Notes: generated from the letters alone by a model not told the origin. A stretch of 64,000 nt of DNA from a virus (IMGVR_UViG_3300030098_006570:32001-96000), one strand, 5' to 3'; positions 17,052-26,110 are shown, counted from the stretch's first letter. A program made the numbers and translations.

Positions 17052-18638
17052 TTATCCTTTTAGCAAAGCGAAATATTCCTGGTTATATTTTTCTGCTTCC
17101 GTTGTTCTTTGAGTTTCTTGCGTTGATTTGTGCCCGTGCATCCCCCGAATGGTGGTGGAAAGTCCAGTATTATGTGTAGAGATTGCTGACAGAAACTGCT
17201 TGTTATACTCTACTTCTTTTTGGCTCTCAACAATCACTGTATCCCTCACCCAGCATCCGATCGCAAACGACATAACTAAGTCATCATTATAACTTCGCAT
17301 CGCCTGAGGTCTTCCGCCCTTCCAAATAAATGTTTTCATTTCAGAAAGCAACCGGTTGGAATTTATTTTAATTAGTTTATTCCTCATAAACTCTTCCATC
17401 TTGGCTACAATCAAAGGCCTTGTCTTTGATGATGTCGTAAAACCCGGCACCACATTAGTCCGCCATTGGGCTGTGACAGGATCCACATATTGGTGGTCGC
17501 CTTTACTAGAGTAGTAGAGATTAGGATACCCGTTATCTTGAAGCTTTTTAAGTACAGCAAAGCCTATATTGTTATTTTCAATGACCAACATGGGGTTGCC
17601 GTATTCCGCACCAACATTCCTGAGAATATCAGCAAAGTCATCAGGGGTAGGCTTTCCGACGTATTCTGCCACTACTTCCATTGTTTCTAGCTCAAAGATA
17701 TGAAAAGCACTATTATCCTTACCATCGCCGCGGGCGACGTCAGCAACAATCAGATGGGGCTTTTCAGGATTATGCCGTTTCCAAATCCAGTAGTTACGAT
17801 CGAAGCCCGTGCGATATTCGGGCGTGGTAATGCGCTCTAGGTACCACTGAATGTCGTCGGGGTGGATGACTGTCTCGCCAGAAACGTTGAAGTTGCATTC
17901 AAGCTCCTGGGCGATCTGGCGCTTGGACATGTTTTTGGTTTCTTTTTCAAACCACTTTTTGTCTCGATCCGGATGGACGTCCCACATTAACGTCGTCATG
18001 TGGAAAGCGTTTGTTCCTGCTTCAGCCTCTACGCAGTTCTGATGGAACCAGTTACCCACACCGTTGGGTGTGGATAATGCAATGCAGCGACCACCTGTGG
18101 ACAACGTCGGATACAGAGCAGTCCAGAGGTCGTCTAACTTCTCAACGTGGGCGGCCTCATCAATCACCAACAAAGACAGGGCTTCAGAACGGCCGGCATC
18201 GCCCGAGGTGGAGGAGCCTTTAATCTGTGACCCATTCTTTAACTCGAAAGACGTGCGGTTATCAATCTCAATGTCCGAGATCCTCATCCAGTCCGGAAGA
18301 TTCTTGATGATTGCCTTGACTTTTTTAACAAGGTTGGTGGCTGTTTGCAGCTTCGTAGCCACAACTAGAATATTTTTATCGCGATGAAAAAGCATAAGCC
18401 ACGCGATATAAGCTGCCGTAATGGTAGAGATTCCCAGCTGTCGAGCTTTGAGAATTATATTGAAACGATAGTCCTCAAAATCTTTCAGCAGCTCTTGCTG
18501 ATAGTCATAGGCTTTAAAGGGAATTAGCCCTTTTTGGGGGTGAGAGATACGACAGTAATTGGTAGTAAAGTAAACCGGATCTTTGCCGGCTTTTACAATC
18601 TCCTTTAATATCTCTTGCTTAGTGAGCCCACTTCCCAT
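17052..18638 (-). CDS. terL: Terminase large subunit, T4 gp17-like
   Basis: KARQLGIST Walker A, LLVIDEAAH Walker B, STPNG motif III, QELEC.F, ADVARG nuclease Asp, NDDLVM. Confidence 0.95.
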   Translation of the reverse strand: MGSGLTKQEILKEIVKAGKDPVYFTTNYCRISHPQKGLIPFKAYDYQQELLKDFEDYRFNIILKARQLGISTITAAYIAWLMLFHRDKNILVVATKLQTATNLVKKVKAIIKNLPDWMRISDIEIDNRTSFELKNGSQIKGSSTSGDAGRSEALSLLVIDEAAHVEKLDDLWTALYPTLSTGGRCIALSTPNGVGNWFHQNCVEAEAGTNAFHMTTLMWDVHPDRDKKWFEKETKNMSKRQIAQELECNFNVSGETVIHPDDIQWYLERITTPEYRTGFDRNYWIWKRHNPEKPHLIVADVARGDGKDNSAFHIFELETMEVVAEYVGKPTPDDFADILRNVGAEYGNPMLVIENNNIGFAVLKKLQDNGYPNLYYSSKGDHQYVDPVTAQWRTNVVPGFTTSSKTRPLIVAKMEEFMRNKLIKINSNRLLSEMKTFIWKGGRPQAMRSYNDDLVMSFAIGCWVRDTVIVESQKEVEYNKQFLSAISTHNTGLSTTIRGMHGHKSTQETQRTTEAEKYNQEYFALLKG

Positions 18639-18649
18639 GGCATCTCTTG

Positions 18650-19195
18650 CTAGCCTTTACGCGTATCGTTCTTGGGGCGCTTCTTGGGACCCTGAGATAG
18701 CCAATCTCGGACGGCCTTGTCGAGCCGATCCTTGCTTGAGCCCTCGTTTACATCAACTACGCCGTCTAGACCACCAATACGATAATCACAGTGGGCCTGG
18801 ACATCGGTACGATAGTTAGACATACGCTGAACAAGAATATGAGAATCCCCTTCCTTCGTGAGGGTCAGGGTGTCACCAGTGATGGCTTTATACTCTTTCT
18901 TGAGAAACTTGACAATTTCTGCAATCTGTCCCTCAATCTCGTTCTCAAAGTTAGAGTCTTTAACTTCCTTGATTCTGCAGTCTGCCTGATACGTAACTCG
19001 TAGAACGGGTCCGTGAAACTTCACGCCGAACCCATCCATAACACGTCGATCATTGATAAAGTGGCCGTCGGCCCGCTTCAAACCTGCATCACGGGCCTTC
19101 CCGTCAGCAGCTAGATCGGCGGAGTGGGCGCCGTCCCATGCCCCGTTGGCGGCAGCCTGGGCGATTCCTTGAATGATTTCTAATACTGTTGCCAT
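18650..19195 (-). CDS. Hypothetical protein (likely start MATVLEII, 181 aa)
   Basis: ATG at 19195 follows the upstream stop and an AAGGA SD. The longer ORF-track start overlaps the upstream gene. Confidence 0.65.
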   Translation of the reverse strand: MATVLEIIQGIAQAAANGAWDGAHSADLAADGKARDAGLKRADGHFINDRRVMDGFGVKFHGPVLRVTYQADCRIKEVKDSNFENEIEGQIAEIVKFLKKEYKAITGDTLTLTKEGDSHILVQRMSNYRTDVQAHCDYRIGGLDGVVDVNEGSSKDRLDKAVRDWLSQGPKKRPKNDTRKG

Positions 19196-19196
19196 G

Positions 19197-19583
19197 TTAC
19201 GCTTCCTTGTTTGGTCTCCAACCGTTGATCCATCTTTCTTCTCGTCCCTCGATGTGCCGAGTAAAACATTTGTAACATGCCTCAAACTTATTCATGTACA
19301 AATCATCCCGCGGATGAAAAGAATATTTTTCACAAACAGGACAAGTCCTATTTTGGTCTCTACTAAGTAGTTTTTTATTTATGAAAAATCCGTCTTGTTC
19401 TACTTTGTCCTCGACGTCGGTCAATTTAGCAAATTTTTGACGCGCCTTGACCGACTGCGCTATGTAGTCCTTTTCTTTGACGTCGTCCCATTGGGACTGT
19501 GGGTTAAGGGTAGCCGTGTCCCCATACTTCTGAGATATGGCTTTCTCTATTTTAGCGATGTAGTTGGGATCTTTAGTGGTCAT
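19197..19583 (-). CDS. Zinc-finger protein (CPVC...CYKC)
   Basis: Two CxxC pairs near the C-terminus. Confidence 0.65.
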   Translation of the reverse strand: MTTKDPNYIAKIEKAISQKYGDTATLNPQSQWDDVKEKDYIAQSVKARQKFAKLTDVEDKVEQDGFFINKKLLSRDQNRTCPVCEKYSFHPRDDLYMNKFEACYKCFTRHIEGREERWINGWRPNKEA

Positions 19584-19585
19584 GA

Positions 19586-20071
19586 CTAATCCGTAGAGCT
19601 AACTATCCGTAAGAGCGCAACATGATTCTCGGTGGTAATACCGGCTGCACCGTGGGCCAAATTAACTACCAGTAAATCTCCAGGTACAAAGTTATATACC
19701 CCGGCGGCATAGGTCGCATCAGTGCCGAAGTCGCCAATTCCCGTCACTTCAACAGATGCATTGAAGGAAAGATTAGAACCATTTTTTCGAGCTATAACTT
19801 GAAATTCGGTGTTGGACGTGTGCGCTGTGCAATCAAACTGACAAGAAATTCCGACAATGGAGCCAGATGTCATCATGCGATAGCCCGCGTAGGTTGGGCC
19901 GTTGTCAATACTATCGACCGTAAGGCCTCGCTTACCCCCAAAGGGAAAACTCATGGAGGCTGCATAACCAAAAGGAAGCAAAGAGGGGGCCTGCCATTTG
20001 GCATTAAGAGTGGCAAAAAACTTTTTCAAAAACGCTATTAGGCGTCCCCTAGAACTTATCTCGGGTATCAT
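19586..20071 (-). CDS. Hypothetical protein, beta-sandwich-like (161 aa)
   Basis: Clean ORF with ATGA coupling to the upstream gene. Confidence 0.55.
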   Translation of the reverse strand: MIPEISSRGRLIAFLKKFFATLNAKWQAPSLLPFGYAASMSFPFGGKRGLTVDSIDNGPTYAGYRMMTSGSIVGISCQFDCTAHTSNTEFQVIARKNGSNLSFNASVEVTGIGDFGTDATYAAGVYNFVPGDLLVVNLAHGAAGITTENHVALLRIVSSTD

Positions 20072-20535
20072 TGGTTTACAATCTCCGTAGAGAGCGCAAA
20101 AATTCCCAACGAGGTCAGTGTTCCAATTCCAAAACCCAAAGCGACCAAAAAAGGACCACTTGAAGGCTTCTGCTTAGTAACCAGTTCTGTCAGGCGATCG
20201 TTCTCGGCTGTCTTAAGAATCATCATAGATTCATACTTATCCTTCCAAGAATGAATCTCGATATCCTTATAATCTAGCCGCAACTCATAAGTGCTTTTTT
20301 GAACCTGAAGTTCGTATTCCACTCTGAGGTCACACTCGGCATCCTCAAATCTTTTTTCTGTCAATACTTTTGCCGCGGCATCCAATGACAGTAATACCCC
20401 ATCAAAAGGTACGACATCTCCAGCCTCCACCGGTAGAACCACATAATCCGGTGTGGGCTGTTCATCGGCAATTGCTATTGTGGGTGTTAGTAATATTGAC
20501 AGAGCCACGAAGGCAGATAGTAATTTCTTAACCAT
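20068..20535 (-). CDS. Exported coiled-coil protein with C-terminal hydrophobic anchor (putative spanin partner)
   Basis: Sec signal (KKLLSAFVALSILLTPTIAIA-DE), coiled coil, C-terminal FLVALGFGIGTLTSLGIFAL. Overlaps the i-spanin-like gene. Confidence 0.5.
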   Translation of the reverse strand: MVKKLLSAFVALSILLTPTIAIADEQPTPDYVVLPVEAGDVVPFDGVLLSLDAAAKVLTEKRFEDAECDLRVEYELQVQKSTYELRLDYKDIEIHSWKDKYESMMILKTAENDRLTELVTKQKPSSGPFLVALGFGIGTLTSLGIFALSTEIVNQ

Positions 20536-20935
20536 TTTCTAATCCAAAAGCTTCGGCAATCTGTTTTGCCAATTTCTCTGGATCATTATAGCCTTCATCA
20601 ACAAGCTTTTTAAGTTCTGCCTCTTTTTGCCTATCGAGACGTTTGCCCTCTTTTTTATACTGCTCTTTAAGCTGTTTAGATATGGCTAGGTGCTGCTCTA
20701 GTCTAAGGTTCTTTTCCGCAACTTCGGTATTGTGAATATGCGAAAGAGTTTCCATTTCCTGATCATGCTGGTTCCTCTTAGCCTCAAGCAGATCCATTAC
20801 CCGAGCTAGTAGCACACCGTTGCGCATAAGAGCGGAGGCGAGAGCGGCTCCAATAAACAACAAAACCACAACAATTAGCCACCAAAACTTTTTGGCCCAA
20901 AGCCAAGCTTGTTTTGCAAATAATTTAAGTTTCAT
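20528..20935 (-). CDS. Inner-membrane spanin-like protein
   Basis: Single N-terminal TM helix after basic residues, followed by a coiled coil. Follows the holin-like gene. Confidence 0.55.
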   Translation of the reverse strand: MKLKLFAKQAWLWAKKFWWLIVVVLLFIGAALASALMRNGVLLARVMDLLEAKRNQHDQEMETLSHIHNTEVAEKNLRLEQHLAISKQLKEQYKKEGKRLDRQKEAELKKLVDEGYNDPEKLAKQIAEAFGLENG

Positions 20936-21150
20936 CGATCACCGAATCCTTTGAGTTTGGCGACAGCATCAATAATTGTCTGTCCCCCAATATAGACGGT
21001 TGTAATTATTACCCAATCGGAAGACTGTAAGTCGGAAAACAATAGCAAACATGTTGCCGTGGACCAAGCCAGCAGTTTCCTTGATACAATCTTATCTAGC
21101 CCTTTATCTATTATGTGTCTCATACGCGGAGGCTTCTTTTCGTTGCTCAT
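20932..21150 (-). CDS. Putative holin
   Basis: About 72 aa. SRKLL motif precedes two short hydrophobic segments. AAGGAG SD. Confidence 0.6.
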   Translation of the reverse strand: MSNEKKPPRMRHIIDKGLDKIVSRKLLAWSTATCLLLFSDLQSSDWVIITTVYIGGQTIIDAVAKLKGFGDR

Positions 21151-21167
21151 CACATACTCCTTTGTAT

Positions 21168-21178
21168 ACTAATTAGCG
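21168..21178. promoter_or_regulatory. Palindromic late-promoter-like site (CTAATTAG) between divergent genes
   Basis: Self-complementary CTAnTTA motif, 15-20 nt from both the holin start and the J-domain gene start. Confidence 0.45.
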
Positions 21179-21192
21179 TAGTAACCTCATCT

Positions 21193-21915
21193 ATGTCCAA
21201 ACAACTAAAATATCAACTCAAAAAAACTATCAAAGAGGCCGAGTTTGTGCATGCCGATTTAGAATATCATGAAGAAGTCGGAGCCGAGGCTGCGGTGGCT
21301 TTCAAGGAAAGGATTCATGAACTTTTCTCTGCGCTTCCGAGAGACGTAAGAGATAGACTGGAGCATTCTCATCTCATGAGGGTGACTGCAGAGGCGGCTG
21401 CTCGCAAAGACCTTGATGAGAGTGAGGATGACGAGGCGATGTCAGGCGCCGTAGAAGGCTCCACAGATTTGATCCCTACCGATATAGAACCAGAAGAACC
21501 CACCGAAGAAGAAAAAGAGATTGACGAAATTAAAATGAAAGGCTCGGAACTCAAGAAGCTTTTTCGCCGAATTGCGGCCATCTCCCACCCTGACAAGGTG
21601 GCTGCTTCGGGAGCCTCGAAAGGGGAAGTAGAAAAAATGGAAAAAATCTTCAAACGCGCGCGGGCAGCGTTTGATCGGGAAAACTGGTTTATTTTATACA
21701 CTCTAGCTGTAGAGTTAGGTATGGACCTCGATGAAGAGAGTGAGCGCCATATTCACTGGATCCAACAAGACATCAAAAATACCTTGCGTATTATTCAAGG
21801 CTTGGCTGATCGGACCTACTGGCATTGGTTTATGGCAGAGACCGAAGAAAGCAAAAATGGCGCTCTTCGTCATTACTTCCTGCAGATTTATAATTTCGAG
21901 TACCCGGGGCTCTAA
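21193..21915 (+). CDS. J-domain (DnaJ-like) co-chaperone protein
   Basis: ELKKLFRRIAAISHPDK...EKIFKRARAAFD matches helix II-HPD-helix III of a J-domain. Likely start MSKQLKYQL at 21193. It fills the only large gap in minus-strand coding. Confidence 0.8.
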   Translation: MSKQLKYQLKKTIKEAEFVHADLEYHEEVGAEAAVAFKERIHELFSALPRDVRDRLEHSHLMRVTAEAAARKDLDESEDDEAMSGAVEGSTDLIPTDIEPEEPTEEEKEIDEIKMKGSELKKLFRRIAAISHPDKVAASGASKGEVEKMEKIFKRARAAFDRENWFILYTLAVELGMDLDEESERHIHWIQQDIKNTLRIIQGLADRTYWHWFMAETEESKNGALRHYFLQIYNFEYPGL

Positions 21916-21964
21916 TTCTTTTTCTTAAACACTAAGCCCGCTAGAAGTGCTTCCCAAAAATCTT

Positions 21965-24900
21965 TCATTGATTTACCCTCGCAAAGCCATCTTTCTTATC
22001 GATCGTAATTTCTAGATCCACAATGTCTTTTAGTGAATCCACGTGAGAAATAAGGATGACGGTTTTGAAATACATCTTAATTAGCTGAAGGATTCGAATA
22101 AATCCTTCCATATTCTCAGCATCTAGCGCGGTGCCGGGCTCATCAAGAATAAAGATATTACCCTTCGGTAGTGAAGACACCGAGAGCAAAGCCAAGCGAA
22201 TAGCCATAGCTGCCACTGTCTTCTCTGCTCCTGAGCCCATCTCGATAGGTCTCGGTTCGTGTTTGGGATGCTTGATCAGGATATCTAGCTTGCGACCGTC
22301 CTCCTGAAAGAAAACATCAAAGTCTACAATATTAGAGAGAACCTTTGCTACCTCTCCGTTAATAACTGGCAAGCGCTTCTTGATAATATCATAAGCAATA
22401 CCATTAGAGTGAGTACATCGCATAAACAAATCATAAGCCGCATATTCCTCTCGTATCTCGTCAAGCTCTTGCTTCTTTTCTTTTAGGTCTTCAACCTTCT
22501 GTTCCATAGAGCCAAGCTGCCTATTATGAAGGTTGATAGAATTTTCAGTCTCCGCTATCTCAGTCTGAAGGTCTGCCACCTTCTTGTCGACCCTTGTGCG
22601 GGAGTTGATAAGCTTCTCAATATTCTTGATCAAATCCTTCTTCTCTTCATACAGCTCGATCTTTTCTTTAGTGGAGCGGAGATTGTCTCTGTATCCCTTT
22701 ATCTTCGCATAGAGTTTTTCAATAGAAACTTTGTTGTCTCGCTTCTCAATCTCAATATTATTCTTTTGAATTATGGTGTTGTTATAGTTTTCAATCAAGC
22801 TGATCATTTCGGCGGAGTTTACAGAAACAACCTTCGTCTTATAATCTTTGGCTTGTTCGATCCTCTCAATAATCTCCGCCTCTAAAGAGGGTAGCTCCAC
22901 TGCAGCTAAATGAGCATCGCTGATAAATTGGCAGGTAGGGAAGCTGTTCCCGCAGGGAACTTCATCCAGCAGATGTAGCTTCTTGGTCATAGCTTTATAG
23001 TCGTTATCCATAAGGCGAGCTTTGTTGACTGTATCCTCATACTTCTGCTTAAAATCATCATAACTTTGTTTCTGCGCCAATAAGTCCTCGATATCGATCG
23101 TCGTCAAGAAGTCATCGTATTCCTGAAGCTTTTCTTCGTAGTCTTTATTCTCTTGCTTCAGTTCTACAATATTGATATCTGTATCTTCAATCTTCTTTTC
23201 AAGGGCTGCGCGCGTCTCTAGTAAATTCTTGATGTCTAAACGCTCCGCGGGGATCGAGTCGATCTGTGTTGTCAGGCTGGCTTGTTTCTCTATGGCCGTG
23301 GCCAGACTTGTTCTTAAACTCTCACAGCTGGCTACCTCGCCGAGGAGCGCTTTTTTCACTTCGTCATGCTGCACCTCCGCAATTGCGATGTCAGTATTAT
23401 AATCCGTATCGCCTACGCGTCGAATTACGGCCTTTAGATCGGCACTATCCTCGTGGGCCAGCTTAAACTTTTTCTCAAAGATATCTAAATCCAAGAACTT
23501 AGCTAGGATTTCCTTGCGACGAGTAGAGCCCTCTTTAATAAAGGATAAACTATCGAGTTGACTCGACATGGATGTCAACAAAAAATCCTCTACTGTGCCG
23601 AATCGTTTTCGAATATGGGCGTCTGTCTCGTTGCGGGTGGTGCCGTTGAGGCTAGTTTCCTCTCCCACCATGGGATCTAAGCCGCTAAATTCCAAGAATG
23701 TGCGTGCCTCATTGGTTACCTCACCCTTTAGTTTCCTTACATACTTCTCAGACTGGCGCTCGATCGTGTAGGTCTTGTCGCCTACTTGGAGTTCCAGACG
23801 CCCCATACAATCTTTTCGATTTTGATTGATGATATTGTAGTTCTTGCGCTCGTTCTTTGATGTGGTATTGAACATGGTATATAGGAGGCCGTCAATAATG
23901 CTGGACTTACCTGAATAGTTCTTACCGAAAATTCCGACGATGCCATTGAGGTTGCTAAAATCAACGCTATTACCCTCTCCATAGTTGAACAGATTATCCC
24001 ACTCAAACTTATTGAGATTCCAATTTACATTTCGGGCGACCTCTTCGGTCTCTTCAATCTTGGAATTGTACTTGCGGTTGAGTTCGAACACACGTTCCAA
24101 CATTTGCTCAGTGGGCTGGTATTCCACTAGGTACTCTCGAATGAGATCTTCCTGCACGCCTTTGTCCCGGAGGTTCTCCACTTTGAAGCCGGTACCGACC
24201 TCAACCGTTCCCCGCTCGCCAGCGGCACGATTTAGGAAGGTAATACTCTCAGGCTTGAAACGGTGCTTGGCAACCTCCACAGCCTTACGCATAACGTCAA
24301 GGGGAAGATTATTGTTGCTCACGAGACGCAAGCGTGAAGTCGGGGGAATCTTGGTGCCCTTTGGCATTCGGCCCTTGGGTGTGAGTTCGATTGTTACGAA
24401 TGGTTTAGGGTTGAGCAAAACATGATGCTTGACCGTGAATGTATTCTTGTCTTCAATTTCCCAAATAAGAAATCCCTTGTCATTTGTCTCACCGTGATTC
24501 TGCTGAACGGTGCTACCGCAATAGCGCACTCGACCTTCTGTATCAAGAATCTGGTTTGTCTTATGAATATCACCAAGCATTGCGAAGTCGTGACCGGCAA
24601 ACACTCCAATGTCGTGATCCCCATGATCCATAACCCATCCGACGTCAGTAGACACTCCGCCGATTGCGCCGTGATACAAAGCAATATTAATACGCGACTG
24701 GTCGCTTGGCGCAACCCAATTCTCCTCATCAAACACAGATAGCACGTTGAGCGCGAGATCGGGCTCTACGACGGTTTCACCGGCATTCTTGAGCAGATGG
24801 AGGTTAGGAAGATTCAAAGCGCTTACAATGGGCGACAGCGCGTCCTGACGAGTACTGTTCTTCAGGTTGCCGTCGTGGTTGCCCAAGATGATGTAGGTTG

Positions 24901-25117
24901 GCGCGATCGATGCCAGATTCATGAAGAAGTCGGAGCATAGCTCAACGAACTCTGGTGAGATCTGGGTCTTGGTGTGGGCGATGTCGCCGCAGTGAACAAT
25001 GTAGTCCACGTTCTCTTTACGAAGCGTCTCATAAAGCTGTTCGAATACTTTCTTGTATTCGTAATGATATTTTAAATTTTTTATATGCGTGTCCGCAATG
25101 TGAGCAATTCTATACAC
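21965..25117 (-). CDS. Fused Mre11/SbcD nuclease - Rad50/SbcC ATPase (T4 gp47+gp46-like)
   Basis: N-terminal metallophosphoesterase motifs DTH, GDIAH, GNHD, GDIH. Then Walker A GKNYSGKSS, long coiled coil, signature GSGAEK, Walker B FILDEP and ISH loop. Confidence 0.92.
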   Translation of the reverse strand: MYRIAHIADTHIKNLKYHYEYKKVFEQLYETLRKENVDYIVHCGDIAHTKTQISPEFVELCSDFFMNLASIAPTYIILGNHDGNLKNSTRQDALSPIVSALNLPNLHLLKNAGETVVEPDLALNVLSVFDEENWVAPSDQSRINIALYHGAIGGVSTDVGWVMDHGDHDIGVFAGHDFAMLGDIHKTNQILDTEGRVRYCGSTVQQNHGETNDKGFLIWEIEDKNTFTVKHHVLLNPKPFVTIELTPKGRMPKGTKIPPTSRLRLVSNNNLPLDVMRKAVEVAKHRFKPESITFLNRAAGERGTVEVGTGFKVENLRDKGVQEDLIREYLVEYQPTEQMLERVFELNRKYNSKIEETEEVARNVNWNLNKFEWDNLFNYGEGNSVDFSNLNGIVGIFGKNYSGKSSIIDGLLYTMFNTTSKNERKNYNIINQNRKDCMGRLELQVGDKTYTIERQSEKYVRKLKGEVTNEARTFLEFSGLDPMVGEETSLNGTTRNETDAHIRKRFGTVEDFLLTSMSSQLDSLSFIKEGSTRRKEILAKFLDLDIFEKKFKLAHEDSADLKAVIRRVGDTDYNTDIAIAEVQHDEVKKALLGEVASCESLRTSLATAIEKQASLTTQIDSIPAERLDIKNLLETRAALEKKIEDTDINIVELKQENKDYEEKLQEYDDFLTTIDIEDLLAQKQSYDDFKQKYEDTVNKARLMDNDYKAMTKKLHLLDEVPCGNSFPTCQFISDAHLAAVELPSLEAEIIERIEQAKDYKTKVVSVNSAEMISLIENYNNTIIQKNNIEIEKRDNKVSIEKLYAKIKGYRDNLRSTKEKIELYEEKKDLIKNIEKLINSRTRVDKKVADLQTEIAETENSINLHNRQLGSMEQKVEDLKEKKQELDEIREEYAAYDLFMRCTHSNGIAYDIIKKRLPVINGEVAKVLSNIVDFDVFFQEDGRKLDILIKHPKHEPRPIEMGSGAEKTVAAMAIRLALLSVSSLPKGNIFILDEPGTALDAENMEGFIRILQLIKMYFKTVILISHVDSLKDIVDLEITIDKKDGFARVNQ

Positions 25118-25146
25118 GTTATCCCCTAAAACAAAACTCTATCACC

Positions 25147-25174
25147 AGTATACACCAGTGATAGAGCCTGTCAA
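25147..25174 (-). promoter_or_regulatory. Sigma70-type promoter TTGACA-N16-TATACT; the -10 box lies inside a 9-bp inverted repeat
   Basis: Perfect -35 and near-consensus -10 upstream of the GTG at 25117. CTCTATCAC/GTGATAGAG inverted repeat at 25137-25166. A-tract (UP-like) upstream. Confidence 0.75.
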
Positions 25175-25208
25175 GTGTTATTTTTAATTTTTATTGGTAG
25201 CCGAAGTC

Positions 25209-25658
25209 TTAAAAGTTTCTTGGATAATCGCGCTTAATGGCGTGAACACGTTCGCCCTTGGCTAGCCGGCCTTTGATCCTATCTACATCACCCTGATGGA
25301 GGCGACCTTTTGACTTTTCAAATTCTGCTTTCCGAATAAGATCCTGAGCCTCAGCGTTGCTCTCCTCCATCGGAGCGTACATCGGGTTGGCCAGGATGTG
25401 ACGAAGCGAAGCAACCATGTCGGCGTCCAAACTCATACTGAGATCTTCCAACTCATCGCGGGTCATCTTGCCCAGGGCCTCTCTAGCCTTTATGAGAATG
25501 AGAAGCCGCTCTTCGGGGGATGTGAAGGCCCGGTCGCGAGTCTCCTCATCCTCCGGTTCGGCGATATCTTCAATGCCAGCACCGGGGCGGTCGGCGCCGC
25601 GCATGGCATCCATCTCTTCCTTGATAATCTTTTTAAGTCTTTGTTTCGTGATTTTCAT
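25209..25658 (-). CDS. Leader-motif protein 4 (MKITKQRLKKIIKEE..., 149 aa)
   Basis: Shared N-terminal leader, ATGA-coupled to the upstream gene. Confidence 0.75.
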   Translation of the reverse strand: MKITKQRLKKIIKEEMDAMRGADRPGAGIEDIAEPEDEETRDRAFTSPEERLLILIKAREALGKMTRDELEDLSMSLDADMVASLRHILANPMYAPMEESNAEAQDLIRKAEFEKSKGRLHQGDVDRIKGRLAKGERVHAIKRDYPRNF

Positions 25659-25987
25659 GGCTTCTTGAACCTCTCCTTGTCGGATCTATAATCTCCAGCA
25701 GAACGCTTGCGCCCGATCCTTTTCAGTCCCTGCCGCATTCTTTTGATCTTCTCTGGTGTAATTTGTGGTAATTCTAGGGTTGCTTCTTCGTCCTCTTTCT
25801 CGGACTCTTCCTTCATGGGGCCGCTGCACATCTCTTCGGCCTCTGCTTTGGACAGTCCCTCAGGACGGTCGGCATCTTCGTCAGCCATGGCGCACATGTA
25901 GTTACGCTGCTTTTCGGAGTGAACTTCAACCACCGAAGCAATCTCTTCTTTGATAATCTGGTGTAATCTTGTTTTACTAATCTTCAT
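25655..25987 (-). CDS. Leader-motif protein 3 (MKISKTRLHQIIKEE..., 110 aa)
   Basis: Shared N-terminal leader, GGAG SD. Confidence 0.75.
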   Translation of the reverse strand: MKISKTRLHQIIKEEIASVVEVHSEKQRNYMCAMADEDADRPEGLSKAEAEEMCSGPMKEESEKEDEEATLELPQITPEKIKRMRQGLKRIGRKRSAGDYRSDKERFKKP

Positions 25988-26109
25988 TTCTTGGTCTCCA
26001 TTGTACCTAAGAGGTCTTCGCCCATGTATCGAATCTCATAAACCATTACTGCTCTCAAATAGAGTATTTCTTGAATCATGTTTGTTAGGTGGGCTCCTGA
26101 TATCTTCAT
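25984..26109 (-). CDS. Leader-motif protein 2 (MKISGAHLTNMIQE..., 41 aa, possibly degenerate)
   Basis: Below the ORF-track cut-off. It exactly fills the gap, starting 1 nt after the upstream stop and overlapping the next start (ATGA). Confidence 0.5.
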   Translation of the reverse strand: MKISGAHLTNMIQEILYLRAVMVYEIRYMGEDLLGTMETKK

Positions 26110-26110
26110 T

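Noticed and set aside
25137-25166. Resemblance of the inverted repeat to tet operator half-sites (CTCTATCA / TGATAGAG)
   Set aside because: The spacer is far longer than in tetO and no TetR or vector sequence is nearby. Treated as coincidence.
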